64,000 nt of DNA from Octopus sinensis. Lineage: Eukaryota. The DNA is taken from contig NC_043000.1 of assembly GCF_006345805.1 (NCBI RefSeq), forward strand, positions 20,026,001 to 20,090,000. Reading direction: 5' to 3'. The notes under the pieces are model-generated. The model was not told the DNA's origin. It made no database searches and saw nothing but the letters and a program-made list of their open reading frames with translations. How positions within the stretch are numbered: position 1 is the stretch's first letter; the number at the start of each line of letters is the position of its first letter. The position numbers were made by a program, and so were the translations under genes. This document shows, one piece after another, positions 1 to 12,344 of this stretch.

Positions 1-5
1 AAGAA

Positions 6-90
6 GTCCGATAGAACGAGTACTAGGCTTTAAAAAAATAAGCACTCCAGTATGGCCGCCGTCTAATGACTAAAACAAGTAAAAGAATAA
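6..90 (+). mobile_element. Degenerate 3' tail fragment of SINE S2
   Basis: Resembles the S2 tail (ccgatagaataagtact...ctccagcatggccgc...aaacaagtaaaaga) seen in intact copies, e.g. 38440-38854. Confidence 0.5.
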
Positions 91-722
91 AAAAAATAGG
101 CGAAATTTCGATGAATATTGTTTTAATTTTTTGTGTTTAATGTGTAGCGAATCTTGCATACATGAAGTGGATTCGATTCAACATAGACAAATTTAAATCA
201 ACACTGCTATAGAACATTTCCCACGATGGAACAATGGTTATTCTCTGGCAGCAGTTTTACATTTTCCAGATGCCTTTAGCTAGGCCGAAATAATGTCATC
301 ACCACTTGACCCTTTCTAATCTCTTCTACTACACCATAAGCTAAATCAACTAAATCTATTGTTCTCAATGATATATCTATCCTTCTGGATCTTAATATAA
401 GCAAGCACATACCAAGCGAAAGTAAGTTAGTCACTTGTCATCAACAGAACAATGTCCCACACTCTTTGACTTCCTACTAGCTCGAACGCAGTTCTCTAAC
501 AATTTCAGTCTGTCTTTCTCCACATTTACTACTACAGAACGAAGAGACTTTTGGAACGTAAAATCTTTATTTTATTTTCGTTTTGCACACCCGCACCTGT
601 ACAGACACAAGCACAAACAAATCTTTGCACATACACACACACACATATCTGGCAACAGACTCTCCTGTACATTTTCTTAATTACTATTAATTACATCATA
701 TACTCTTCCATAAGATCCCACT

Positions 723-1424
723 ATGGCTGGACGATATAGGATTGTTGAATCTGTCCTTTCCATTGATGACATAACTCAAAGATCTCACCATCTGCGAGAC
801 ATTCATGCCATGAGTAATGCGGATTCAACAATCCAATTCCTGGCATCTGTGGGATTGATCCACAATTCATCGGAATGTTGTAATAGGCGGATGTACCTTG
901 CATCACGCAATACAGTATCCGATGGGAAAATGTGGAGGTGTACTGTTTGCAAGCAATTTCGTAGCATTAGGCGAGACTCGTTTTTCGCGGGTTCACACCT
1001 ACCATTGACTTGTCTCCTCGAGTTGATGTATTACTGGGCGATAATTGAATGTAAACAGTGTTGTGATGGGTGAAGTTGGAATTGGACCAGAGGCAATTGT
1101 CAACTGGTACAATTACTTCCACGATGTTTGTGCTATGTGGTGTTTTGACCACCCTGTGCAACTTGGAGGAGAAGATGTTGTTGTAGAGATCGATGAATCT
1201 AAGTTCATGCACAGGAAATATCATCGTGGTACTTATCGAGAAAGTCACTGGGTTTTGGGTATGGTTGAGCGTGAGAGTTGGAGATGTGTCTTAGTTCCTG
1301 TGCAGAAAAGAAGTGCAGCAACATTGTTGCCTATTATTACCCGCCATGTATTGCCAGGAACTAAGATTATCACAGATTCATGGAGAGTGTATAACAGCCT
1401 ACCCAACCATTTGACTGTGAACCA
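723..1424 (+). pseudogene. Merlin/ISXO2 (IS1595-like) DDE transposase, frameshifted and 3'-truncated
   Basis: ORF 723-1073 has an N-terminal Cys motif (CCNRRM..WRCTVC..RSIRRDSFF). ORF 1045-1536 has VEIDESKF, RKYHRG, WVLGMVER, RSAATLLPII, PGTKIITDSW and HLTVNH. There is a frameshift near 1057 and similarity stops at VNH, where an RTE tail begins. Confidence 0.88.
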
Positions 1425-3920
1425 CATTCGGATGGTGCTTTATATGTTCCACTGGCACAGGAGCCAGTTGGGGAGACTGGTATTGACCACATTCGGATGG
1501 TCTTTCTGTGTAGCACTGGCACCGACCCACACTTGAAGGTGCTTATTATGTGCCAGTCAGACGGCACTGGCATTAGCCACAACTACAATTTTCATCTTGA
1601 TTTGCTTTTTTGATTTTACTTGACTCAGTAAGTCTTCTCAAGAACAGCGTATCGCCCAATGATTCAAGGGTACTTTTAAAATGGGCTGGTTATATGACAC
1701 TGGTATAAGCTACGGCTGTGATCTCATTTTACTTGCTGGGTCTACTCAATCACAGCATATCTCCAAGGGTCTCCTTTGTCATTGCCTGTGTGAGGCCTAA
1801 CGTTCGAAGGTCGTGCTTCACCACCTCCTTCCTGGGTCTCCCTCTTCCACTGTTAGGATATGACACTTCACACAGCTCTCCTCATCTATTCACAGTTCTC
1901 ATCCATACACAGCACAGTCATCTCTCTTGTACACTACATCTGATGCTTCTTATGTCCAACATTTCTCTCAGGGCGCTTATACTCCGTTGTGTATGCACAC
2001 TGACATTACACATCCAGCAGATCATACTAGCTTCATTTCCTTCAAGCCTACATATGTCCTCAACAGTCATGGCCCCTGTTTCACCTCCGTGTAGCATGGC
2101 TGTTCACACATGCATCATACAGTCTACCTTTCACTCTGAGCAAGAAGCTCTTTGTTACCACCAGAGGTAGGCGCTTTCTGAACTTTGCCCAGGCTATTCT
2201 TATTCTAGTGGCAATACTCAGAGGATTCACCCCCACTACAGACTTGGTCACCTAGGTAGCAGAAACTATCAACTACTTCTAGTTTCTCCCCCTGGCATGT
2301 GATGGAATCTGTTTTCTGAATATCTTTGGTGTTTATTGCCCCTGTGCATCTGCTGCACACAAAAACTATCAACTTGGTTAACCTTCCTTTGATATTGCTG
2401 CACCTCTTATGTGTCCTTAGCTTACACTGGGTACATCTTATGGACTTTCTACCTACACCTTTACAGATCGAGCAGGCCCATCTACCAGGGAGGATTTGTG
2501 ATTTGTCCACCTTCCTACTTACTAGGACTTTGGTTTTTGCTACATTGACTCTAAGGTCCTTCAATTCTAGACCTTGCTTCCACACCAGAAATTTCTTCTA
2601 GCTCTGGGAGTGATTCAGTTATGAGAGCAAGGTCATCAGCATAGAGGAGCTCCCAGGAGCAGCCTATCTTTAATTCCTCCATTATTGCCCGGAGGATTAT
2701 GATGAATAAGAGGGGCTGAGAACTGATCCTTGGTGAACCCCTACTTCTATCTGGAATTCTTCGCTATACTTGTTGCCGACCCTCACCTTACTGACAGCAT
2801 CTCTGTACATGGTCTGTGCAGCTTTACTAACCACTCATTTATCCCTAGTTTCTGCATTGACCACCAGATAAGGGATCAGAGGACCCTGTCAAAAGCTTTC
2901 TCCAAGTCAACAAAAACCAAGTACAGGCTAGGTATTTGTCCTGCAGGAATGTAGCATCTGGTGGTTCTACCTGGCACAAAACCAAACTGCATCTCATCTA
3001 GATTAACTCTCTCCCTAATTAGTTGAGCTATGACCCTCTCTGTGACTGTCATCACCTGATCCAGCAACTTGATACCCCTGTAGTTATTTCTATCTAAGGC
3101 ATCACCTTTACCTTTGTAGCAGAAACATCTCAGTAATGTTTCCTGATGGGCCAGGGGCTTTCCCTGACTTCCATATCCTTAATTGCTTCATCTACTAGGG
3201 TGCTATTGATTCGGGTAGCTGGTCCCTCAACTGGGTTAACATTTGGCAGGCTCTCCTCCTCCCATTCATTCTCCACATTCAGCAGTCTTTCATAATGACA
3301 TCTCCAAGCCTCTTTCTTTGCAGAATCATTAAATGCAAGTGCACTAACATCCATGTGGATACATTACTCTCCTGTGACATCACAATTTTCTCTCACACAA
3401 TCCAAAATACTTCAGATCTTTGGTCCTCAAGTCGCTGAACATTGGCAATCTTCTTTTCTGCTTCTCCCTTGGCTATATACACCTGTCTCCTAGCCTTCCT
3501 TCTAGCTATTGGATACAGTTCCCTGCTACCCCCACTCTTCCAGGTTTTCTAGGCCTGTTTCTTTGCTCTAATGGCCCTATCTACAGTATTATTCCACCAC
3601 CATGTTACCCTGGGTCTGGAAGGGACTTTGCACCAACCGCAGACTTGGTCTGTGGTGCTCAGTAAGCTGTCACACAGGAATTTCCAGTTTCCCACTCTGT
3701 CACAAGTCTGTAGCTCCTCCTCCCTCTCATCAAATTTCTCAATGAGGATGTCTCTAAATCTCTGACCAATTGAAGGGTTCTTAAGCTTCCAAATCCTTCT
3801 TTTCTAGATTGGTCTGCTTCTTGGCATCCTTCTGGCCTCGAGTCTAAAGTCACTGATGACTAGTCTATGCTGGGAGGGTACATTCTTCACCAGGGTGGGT
3901 CTTTGTATTTAAGAGCAACC
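1421..3920 (-). mobile_element. RTE-clade LINE, 5'-truncated and degenerate (end of endonuclease, linker, RT, PHD-like insert, C-terminus, 3' UTR)
   Basis: Minus-strand fragments read HPGEEC..HRLVISDF, KKEAWRCHYERLLNVENEW, DEMQFGFVPG..VDLEKAFDRV, LLYADDL (~2640) and CSICKGVGRKSIRCTQC..HKRC..CSRC..VDSFCYLGD, in canonical order with many stops and frameshifts. Confidence 0.9.
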
Positions 3921-3930
3921 ATGCATCCTG

Positions 3931-4100
3931 CTGTATTTGTCCCCCCACCATCGCTTGTCATCCGATGTTGGTGTGTTTACATCCCCATAATTTAGCAGTT
4001 CGGTAAAAGAGACCGACAGAAAAAGTCCTGGGGTCAATTTGTTTGACTAAAGGCAGTGCTCCAGCATGATAGCAGTGAAATGACTGAAACAAATAAAAGT
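3931..4100 (+). mobile_element. SINE S2, 3' half (degenerate)
   Basis: gtccccccaccatcgcttg..cggtaaaagagaccga..gctccagcat..tgactgaaacaa matches the S2 3' half. Confidence 0.65.
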
Positions 4101-5666
4101 ATATTGGTAAATTTTGATGATCATGTTGTACTCTCACACACCACGTGGTATCCAGTATGGAGGCCTAGAGAGTCAGCCTGGAGGTGGGGGGTGACAAATG
4201 CCTTACACTCCATCCAAGGTGTTTTGTTACCTTTTCTCCATACGTTCTGCTATTGGTTGTTTTTCTGCTACGGCGAGATAGAAATTTGCAGTTTACTGCC
4301 ATTTGATTCTTGTTCCTATACCTGTGCTTTTCAAATTAGCAAATATAAAAAAACTTGACAGAAATAAAATTTGAGATAGAGTGGCTGGAACCGTTTTGGT
4401 CTGACACGAGAAACTATATACATACAGAGCAGTGGTGAATGCTGTAGTGTTGCCCTAGTTGCCTGGGCAACACCCTTTCTAGCCGAGCTGACACCGAAAA
4501 AATCGAGATCAAGGCACATGGTCTGCTACAACAATGTTAGAATACATAGAAATGTGTTCATTTGTTATGAATTGCAATCCCCACCTTATAGAGTACCCCC
4601 CCCCCCACCGAAACTTGTGGACAACATCCCTCAAAACAATTCTGGATCCCCACAGCAGAGTCCGTCTTTCAAGAATAATTTATAGTGATTAGTATGGAGA
4701 GATTACGGATAGAGGTTTAGAAAGGAATTAGAAATTTGATTTGTTTATTGGGAGTAACTTGGATGAAGTTTGAATAGATGTTCAGCTATGGTATGGTATT
4801 ATTCAGTCGACGTATTCTTGTTCGTTTTAGTAGACTCTTAGAGATCCTGGTGGTGGAGAGGAAGAGGAAATTGCTGCTGGTTTTGTGGAATTGTGTTGAA
4901 GCACCGTTTATAAAGTTAGGGAAGAAAGGATATGGGATTGTGAGTCAGCTGATTGGGTCAAATTAGTTTTTGAATCTCAGTATTATCTAGCGGAGAGCCT
5001 CTCTTCTGTGGAACCTTCTCTGCTTGTACCCTCTGATACGCAAAGAAAAAATGTGCAGCAAAATTTAGATTTGAAATTACGTTGGCTCAGCAACGAGAAA
5101 TAGGCCATAGCATATCAAGTGATCATAGCTTAATTGTTAGCCCATAGTGTTTCTACTGTGGTCATTCGGTCTTAATGATTTCGAATGGAAATTTCCATGA
5201 CTTACCGCCAAAACATTACTATAAATTCGGTCGTGCGTCACACAATCAGAGCAGAGGTTTTAGAGGACAGAATTCTTGATCGCTGCTCGTTCTCGGGTTA
5301 AAAAGAATCATTTGTCTATCTTGAACACTGAACTTTCTCGTCTCTCGCCACACGAATCATTAGCAAGCTAATTCTTAGCTAAACGCACCATACATAATTC
5401 TACTGGTAATCAGCTATATAGCCAGCAGTAACCTTTGGGATCATTATGTTTATGTATAAATAAATGATCTTATAGAAAACCTAAAATCGACTTAGTTTTA
5501 TATGAGAAGCAGCAAGCAGCTTAAACTAGCCTAACCAAGTAACCAAAATATCGATGTTCCAGCTAAGTTACAGATGTCTTAGGAAATAGTACGTGGAGAA
5601 ACACTGTTCAAAATTCATTGATCTGTTTAATCTCTTTACTTTCTCGATTCTAAAGATAGCTAATTA

Positions 5667-5961
5667 GGTACTACTTGAGAACAGTGGTCCCGGTGCACGC
5701 ATCCGCGCTAGCTAGTCATGCCTAATCGATCCTTACTTTGTGTTTTTGTGTGTTATTTACTTTGTTTAAGCAATCATTTACTTTGTGTTTTATTTAGTTT
5801 GTTTAACAAAAATTATTTACTTTGTGTAAAAAAAATTATTTATTTTGTGTTTTATTTACTTTGCTAGGTAGTCGTTGTAGGATCCACTAGTCACAACTAG
5901 CTAGCGCAGATGCGCGACTACGCGAGTGCGCGCACCGAGACCACTGTTCTCAAATAGTACC
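5667..5961. mobile_element. Merlin-type MITE
   Basis: 30-bp TIRs (5667-5696 and 5932-5961) match at 28/30 and start GGTAC. The 8-bp TSD is gctaatta/gctcatta. Internal ttatttactttgtg repeats are present. Confidence 0.8.
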
Positions 5962-6540
5962 GCTCATTATTTGCTGTTTAATAAATCTATTAAAGAGACA
6001 CACTGTGTCGATATTATAGATTATTGCTTTATTTGGCTTATAAATCAGACAATATCTACAACAGTTCTTTTATAATCTGACGAATTAGAAGCTACCGATT
6101 GTATTTTCTCTAACTATAGTTATCTCCCTTAAGTACCGATCTCCTAACACTGTCCTACTTTTAGTTGTTTATGATTATCGCCACAACTACCAAAAGCACT
6201 TCGACTCGGATTATTTACATGGAAAGCGTTAATAGTATCGAGGATTAAACAGAATTTACACTCCACTAAAGCTTTTCACCAGCGAATAGCAGGGATATTT
6301 TGAAAATCTAATGCAACAGGTAACATGTCTAGCTGTCAGCTTTCTTTTTTATATTTAGCTTGTCGCTGCAATTTTTCTTTTTATGCGACAGTGACAATTT
6401 CGCCGTAGTTACAGTGCGCGCGCGTACAATTATGTATTGACATATAGTCTCGTACAGTGCTACAGTTATGAATTTATATATGCTTTATATATATATAATA
6501 AATCTTTGAGCGAGGTATAAACAGTAGCTGCAATACATAC

Positions 6541-6718
6541 ATCGTGAAGTATTTTTGCCACTTAAATGTGGCTAACCCCTAAGGGTGGATGCTACTGTAG
6601 CTTGTAGCCCCAGGAGGCCAATAGCCAGCTGAAGGTGTACTCCTGGGGCTACAAGCTACAGTAGCATCTACCCTTAGGGGTTAGCCACATTTAAGCGGCA
6701 AAAATAATATTTCACGAT
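6541..6718. repeat. Fold-back (inverted repeat) element next to TA-rich sequence
   Basis: Arms 6541-6616 and 6640-6718 are near-perfect reverse complements around a 23-nt spacer. Confidence 0.9.
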
Positions 6719-6739
6719 ATATATATATTATAAATGAAA

Positions 6740-8400
6740 TGTAAAGATAGATAGAAAGATCTGCTGAAGGTACAGACTATGGATCTGTGGTTGATGCAAA
6801 ATGGGAGGTGAGTGACACGGTGGTGGAATAGTAGTATAGGTAGAACCTTAAAAGCTAAGGTACAGGCCTGCAAAAACTGGATAAACGTCGGGGAGCAAAT
6901 AACGGTATTAAGTAGCTAGAAGAGAAGCTCAACGTCGATAATCATAGCGATGTGAAAAGCCAAAAGTTGGAGGCATGCACATGTTCTGCGAGGTGAAGAT
7001 CTGAAGTGTGAAACGTTCTGGATTGCAAAGCAGTGTACTGGATAGAATCGAGCTGTTTAGCAGTGTGCATGAAATGATAGTAGTATGTAAGCCTTCTCTG
7101 ACACCAAAAAGACAGAACCCTGGAAATGCTATGAAAACAAGTTGTTGAGTGATAAGAGTGCATAAATGAAAGACAGTTTACTCCAAACAGACCGACAAAA
7201 GGAATAGCCACTGAAGTTGACAGATATGCTGTCGAAGGTATGATTAAAAATATTGCACAGGAGAACGCAATTGACCTAGCAAGGATAGTCACAGGTACTT
7301 TTTAAACAGTTGGTGTGGTTAATGCACTGGTCGCTGGCGTAGTCAGTCAGATAGTACAAGTGTCATACTCAGTGACTGTCAGAGCAGTCGTAATAAAAAA
7401 AATTACAAAGTGAAAGGAGATGCTTTAGAGTGAAATAACTACAGAAGTGCTAAATTGATGGACCAGGTTATGAAAGTTCCTGAAAGACGGTAGCACCATG
7501 CTGGAGTACTATTGATGCCCTCTTCTTAGTAAGACAACCACAAGAGAAGTACGTAACAAAGTGTCAGCCCCCATACCTAGCTTTTGTACACCGGTAGAAT
7601 ATTTTTGACAGGATTTTATGCTTGTTTGTTGGTCACTAAGAAAATGGTTTGTGAAGACCATGCATGTACAGAGATGCCTTCACCAAAACGAGTTATGAAT
7701 GAATTCAGCAAAGAATTTAGCCTGCTGGTTGGTGTAACTCAGAGCACAGTCCTCAGTTCCTTTCTGTTTATAATTTTACCATAGTTCCCTAAGCTAGATC
7801 AGAGGAGTTTGAGTCCTGTTGCTAGTGGGAATTCTTGTATACCAGTGACCTAGCCATCATAGCTAAATCAGTCAAAGATATTGAGAGGCAATGAAAGCAA
7901 AACCTAGGACTAAGAGGCCTGAGAGTAAATGTAGTAAAGGCTAAAGTTTTAGGTTGTAAGAAAGGAGGCAGAACCCCTAAGTGGCCATGTTTGATATGTA
8001 GGAAAAACATTTGGTAGGGATTCTTTATGGTGTAAACCATGGTTCCCAACTTGTGGTCTGCAAAGGTAGTACTGGGGGTCCATGAACAGGTTAAGCTGAC
8101 AGACCTTTCACTATCCTGGGGTCCATGGGAAAACTCATTTAAATAAAAGGGGTCTTTGGTAGTGAAAAGTTTGGAAACCACTGGTGTAAACTATGGAGGC
8201 ATCAAAAATATAACAGGATCACAGGTAGGTTGACATGGAAGGAGAAGGTAGACTTTATACATGAGAAGTTAGTACTCAGAGTACATATAAAGTAAATTTG
8301 TTAAATGCCTGGATGGGGAAGACTCCTTAGAAATAGATGATTTAATGAGCTGCAGAGGGTGAGTTTCTGAAAGCATATAGTTGCTAGTGCAAGGGTAGAG
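6740..8400 (+). mobile_element. Old, highly degenerate RTE LINE fragment
   Basis: Remnants of KGKGDALE..NYR..KLMDQVMKV (~7410-7490), VGVTQSTVLSSFLFII (~7730-7780) and GLRVNV.K.KV..WPCLICRK (~7915-8005); boundaries approximate. Confidence 0.7.
8038..8183. mobile_element. hAT-type MITE nested in the RTE fragment
   Basis: Exact 8-bp TSD gtgtaaac (8030-8037 and 8184-8191); imperfect TIRs ca(g)tggttcccaac / tttggaaaccactg. Confidence 0.75.
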
Positions 8401-8474
8401 GAAAAAAATCATTCATGGAGCTATAAATTTTCCTGGCAATGAAGGGATGCTCTCTCTCTCTTTTTCAGAGAGGA

Positions 8475-8625
8475 GTGCAGTGCGTAACTGGTACTTAATT
8501 TATCAACCCCGAAAGGATAAAAGGCAAAGTGATCTTGGTGGAATTTGAACTTAGAACGTAAAGGCAGACGAAATACCGCTATGCATTTCGCCCGGCATGC
8601 TAACGTTTCTGCCAGCTCACTGCCT
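8475..8625 (-). mobile_element. SINE S3, 5' part
   Basis: Matches the head and body of the full-length S3 at 24901-25135. Confidence 0.8.
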
Positions 8626-9144
8626 AATAATAGTAGTAGTAGTAATGATAATAATAATAAATAATTCTTTAATGTTTGCCTGTGTCAGAAGGGACATTCC
8701 CTGTCTTAGTTAATCTCATTTGATTGTGTTCTTATCTCTTATCTACATTTCTCACTTCACTAATCTTAGTGCTAACATATTTACTATAGTGAATATTAAA
8801 TACTTATTAAATAGACAATAGTAGCTCAATAATTTTAAAAATACAGGTCGTTGAGTCAATATTGTCTTTTCCTCATCACATAAGTTATCCCCATTAGCTA
8901 TTTTATGCTCACTCGATGAAGTATGCTAACACCAACTTAACTGTTATTTTTGATATGGATGGCTTTGAGCAACCCTAGTGGTGTGGTGTGTGTGTGCATA
9001 TGTGTGTGTTTGTGCATATGTATGTGTGTGTATCATCATCATCATTTAATGTCCATTTTCCATGCTGGCATGGGTTGGACGGTTTGACATGGGGCTAGCT
9101 AGACAGAAGCCTGCACTAGGCTTCACTATCCGTTTTGGCACAGA

Positions 9145-9270
9145 GGTTTTGTTGGTAACCACGAGTACAGTGATGAATTAAGTGTACAGCAAGGCATTAA
9201 TCAGGGTTTGGTTCTCAGTCCCCACCTGTTCATCATTGTACTCCAACCCATAACAGGGGAGTTCAAGGCA
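9145..9270 (+). mobile_element. Short RTE reverse-transcriptase fragment
   Basis: QGLVLSPHLFIIVLQPITGEFK resembles the RT QG..LSP motif of the 1421-3920 element. Confidence 0.6.
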
Positions 9271-9515
9271 CTTTATCTCATGTTGCTCTGTGATTCATTT
9301 CGACATCTGATATGTGGTACACCTTGCACCTGTTCAGGCAACATCAGTTGGCTGGGGAAAGAAACAAAATCATTTATATATCCATCACCAGTATCAAGCA
9401 GACTATCAGATGTTATATACTGCTGGTCACAATGGGCTTCCAACTCTTTCTTGATTGTGCCCTTGTGCCCTTCTTTTCCATCTTGGTCCAGATCATTTAA
9501 TCGGATCGTCTTTCC

Positions 9516-9615
9516 NNNNNNNNNNNNNNNNNNNNNNNNNNNNNNNNNNNNNNNNNNNNNNNNNNNNNNNNNNNNNNNNNNNNNNNNNNNNNNNNNNNNN
9601 NNNNNNNNNNNNNNN
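9516..9615. other. Assembly gap (100 N)
   Basis: Run of 100 N. Confidence 1.
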
Positions 9616-10341
9616 TAACCGTTGTCTGTCCTTGTTTTTCCCCTCTGTGTTTAGCCCTTGTGGGTAGTAAAGAATAGGTTATCGTCTGCCGCTACGTTCT
9701 GAGTTCAAATTCCGTCCGAGGTCGACTTTGCCTTTCATCCTTTTCGGGTCGATTAAATAAGTACCAGTTACGCACTGGGATCGATATAAATGGCTTAATC
9801 CGTTTGTCTGTCCTTGTTTGTCCTCTCTGTGTTTAGCCCCGTGTGGGTAGTAAAGAAATATGCATTTCGTCTGTCTTTACGTTCTGAGTTCAAATTGCGC
9901 CGTGGTCGACTTTGCCTTTCATCCTTTCGGGGTCGATTAAATAAGTACCAGTTACGCATTGGGATCGATATAAATGGCTTAATCAGTTTGTCTGTCCTTG
10001 TTTGTCCTCTCTGTGTTTAGCCGCTTGTGGGTAGTAAAGAAATATGCATTTCGTCTGTCTTTACGTTCTGAGTTCAAATTCCGCCGAGGTCGACTTTGTC
10101 TTTCATCCTTTCGGGGTCGATTAAATAAGCACCAGTTGAGCACTGGAGTCAATTTAATCGACTTACCCCTGCCGCGAATTTACTAGCTTTGTCTCAAAAT
10201 TTGAAACCACTCTTATTGAGGCCGATTTTGTCTTTCATCCTTTTGGGATCGATAAATTAATTACCAGTGAAATACTGGGGGTTGATGTAATCAACTATTC
10301 CCCTCCCCCAAATGTCTGGCCTTGTGCCTATAGCAAAAAGG

Positions 10342-10343
<2 letters not shown>
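9616..10343 (+). repeat. Head-to-tail multimer of SINE S3 (~180-bp period)
   Basis: Units start near 9619, 9800 and 9984, followed by a degenerate unit that ends in (ATT)n. Confidence 0.85.
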
Positions 10344-10386
<43 letters not shown>

Positions 10387-10403
10387 ATTATTATTATTAT
10401 TTT

Positions 10404-11545
10404 ATGTTAGACTTTTGCTTTACATTTGTACAAGATGGCTCCAAGTCTCACCCAGAGATCTCAAGAGACAAGTTAGAAGTGCATGTTGGTGTTATGCCTA
10501 GGGTGTCATATATTTGGTTTTGTACCTAGTATTGTTCTAGAGAATGTTTAAGAAAACATAAGAAAATTATAAGTTTGTTTTAAAATTTGAGATTACATAG
10601 ACAGCATTTTACGTAGGATATGGACAGTTCCCATGAGCAGTATCTTTTGAATTTCTGCCTTTTGGGATTTCCTGGTATCTGAGCTAGGTAGGGACCAGCC
10701 CCTTTTGCTATCATTCCTAGGGCACCTACGACAACAGGCATTGTTTTAGTCTTGGAGTTTCGCATTTTGCCAATTTCTATTTCAAGATCTTTATACTTGC
10801 TCAGTATTTGGTAGGTCTTGACAGATACATTTATGTCGATTGGGACAGTTATATCAATGAGGAGGCATAATTTTTGTCTGAAGTAACCTATCAGCATCTA
10901 TCTTTCTGTCAGTTTGAACGGTGAAGTCTCAGAAGCGTGTGATGTGATCATTTTCAAGCACTGGAGGTTGTTTGTGTTCCCATCAGTTTTTATCATGGGG
11001 CAGGTCTAGGTTTTTGCAAATTACTCAGTGAATATATTGTGCTGCTCTATCATGCCTGTTGAGATACTCCGTAGGCGCAAGAAGACTGCACATGGAGACA
11101 ACATGATCAATCGTTTCATTTTGTTGTTTACATGCTGGGCTACTGCCGTTCTTTAATAGGTTAGCCTGGTAGCTTCTTGTTGTTAGGCATTGATCTTGGG
11201 CTGCTATGGTAGACCCTTCTATTTCTGATTTTAAGCCAGAAGACACTAACCATTAATGGGTAAGGGCTTTGTTAACATCGGCATTATTACCTTTGTTTGG
11301 GTATTTGCCATTGAGCGTTTTTTCTTGCCATTTGTCAGTCAGAATATCAAAGGCAGAAGTTTTAGCACGGGTTTTCATACGCTTAGCTTTTTCTGTACTT
11401 GTTTCCAGTACGTCTAATTCTGGGATTTGTTGTATTTGGAATTCACTTAGATATTACTTTGTTTGTTTTGTTACTGAGTATGATGCTCTCATGCTTTCAT
11501 ACTTTAAGACAAGTTTTAACATACTGTCATCAGAGTATTTCAGGT
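10404..11545 (-). mobile_element. R4/Dong-like RLE LINE, 3' fragment
   Basis: GLKSEIEG..IAAQDQCL..C..NETIDHVVSMC..YLNRHD (zinc knuckle) and LIDITVP.D.N..KYKDLEIE..VVVGALG (RLE); flanked by (TTA)n on both sides. Confidence 0.85.
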
Positions 11546-11568
11546 TTATTATTATTATTATTATTATT

Positions 11569-12189
11569 CAGTAGTTTTATTTTTATTGCATGCTTTCACT
11601 TCACTACCGAGCGCAGCTCTGTGTGCCTTAGGTATGTGCTGTGATTTGCTGTGATGCTCTGATGGTTATTGTACGGAAAGTGTTCTGCGTAGGATGTGTG
11701 CAGTGCCTAGTAGTGCAATTTTCTATATGTTATATGTGTTTGTAAGTCCTGGTGTTTTTGTTATGTATTTGTCTGAATATTTTTTTATCATGCTTAATGC
11801 ACCTACTATGATAGGAATTGTTTTTGTTTTTAGATTCAACATTCTGGTTACCTCTATTTCCAGGTCTTTGTATTTTGAGAATTTCTCCATTTCTTTTAGA
11901 GACACGTTGTCATCTGCCGGTATTGATACATCAATTAGAAAGCATTTTTTTTCTTCATGATCTCTGACAACTATATCTGGTCTGTTGGGCCTAATTTCTC
12001 TATCTTTGTGTATCGGCATATCCCGAGTATGGTTGCTTTCTCGTTTTCTGTGACTTTTTCTGGTGTGTGCCTATACCATCTTTTTTCTGTTGTTATTCTA
12101 TAATGTTGCATAGCTTCCAATGTATGTAGGTTCCAACTCTGTCATGTCTGTGAATATATTCCTTCTTAGCCAGGACTGGACAGCTAGAG
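11569..12189 (-). mobile_element. Second R4/Dong-like RLE LINE, 3' fragment
   Basis: NRPDIVVRD..CFLIDVSIPADDN..KYKDLEIE..IPIIVGAL; 3' end abuts (TTA)n at 11546-11568. Confidence 0.85.
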
Positions 12190-12262
<73 letters not shown>

Positions 12263-12279
12263 TATTATTATTATTATTA

Positions 12280-12329
<50 letters not shown>
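12190..12329. repeat. (AAT)n followed by (ATT)n: self-complementary microsatellite
   Basis: The repeat switches strand at ~12261, giving arms of about 70 bp each. Confidence 0.95.
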
Positions 12330-12330
<1 letters not shown>

Positions 12331-12344
12331 GGCGACCAGCTGGC

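Noticed and set aside
4620-5400. Possible Penelope N-terminal ORF relic on the minus strand
   Set aside because: Many stops and no diagnostic motif that I can support
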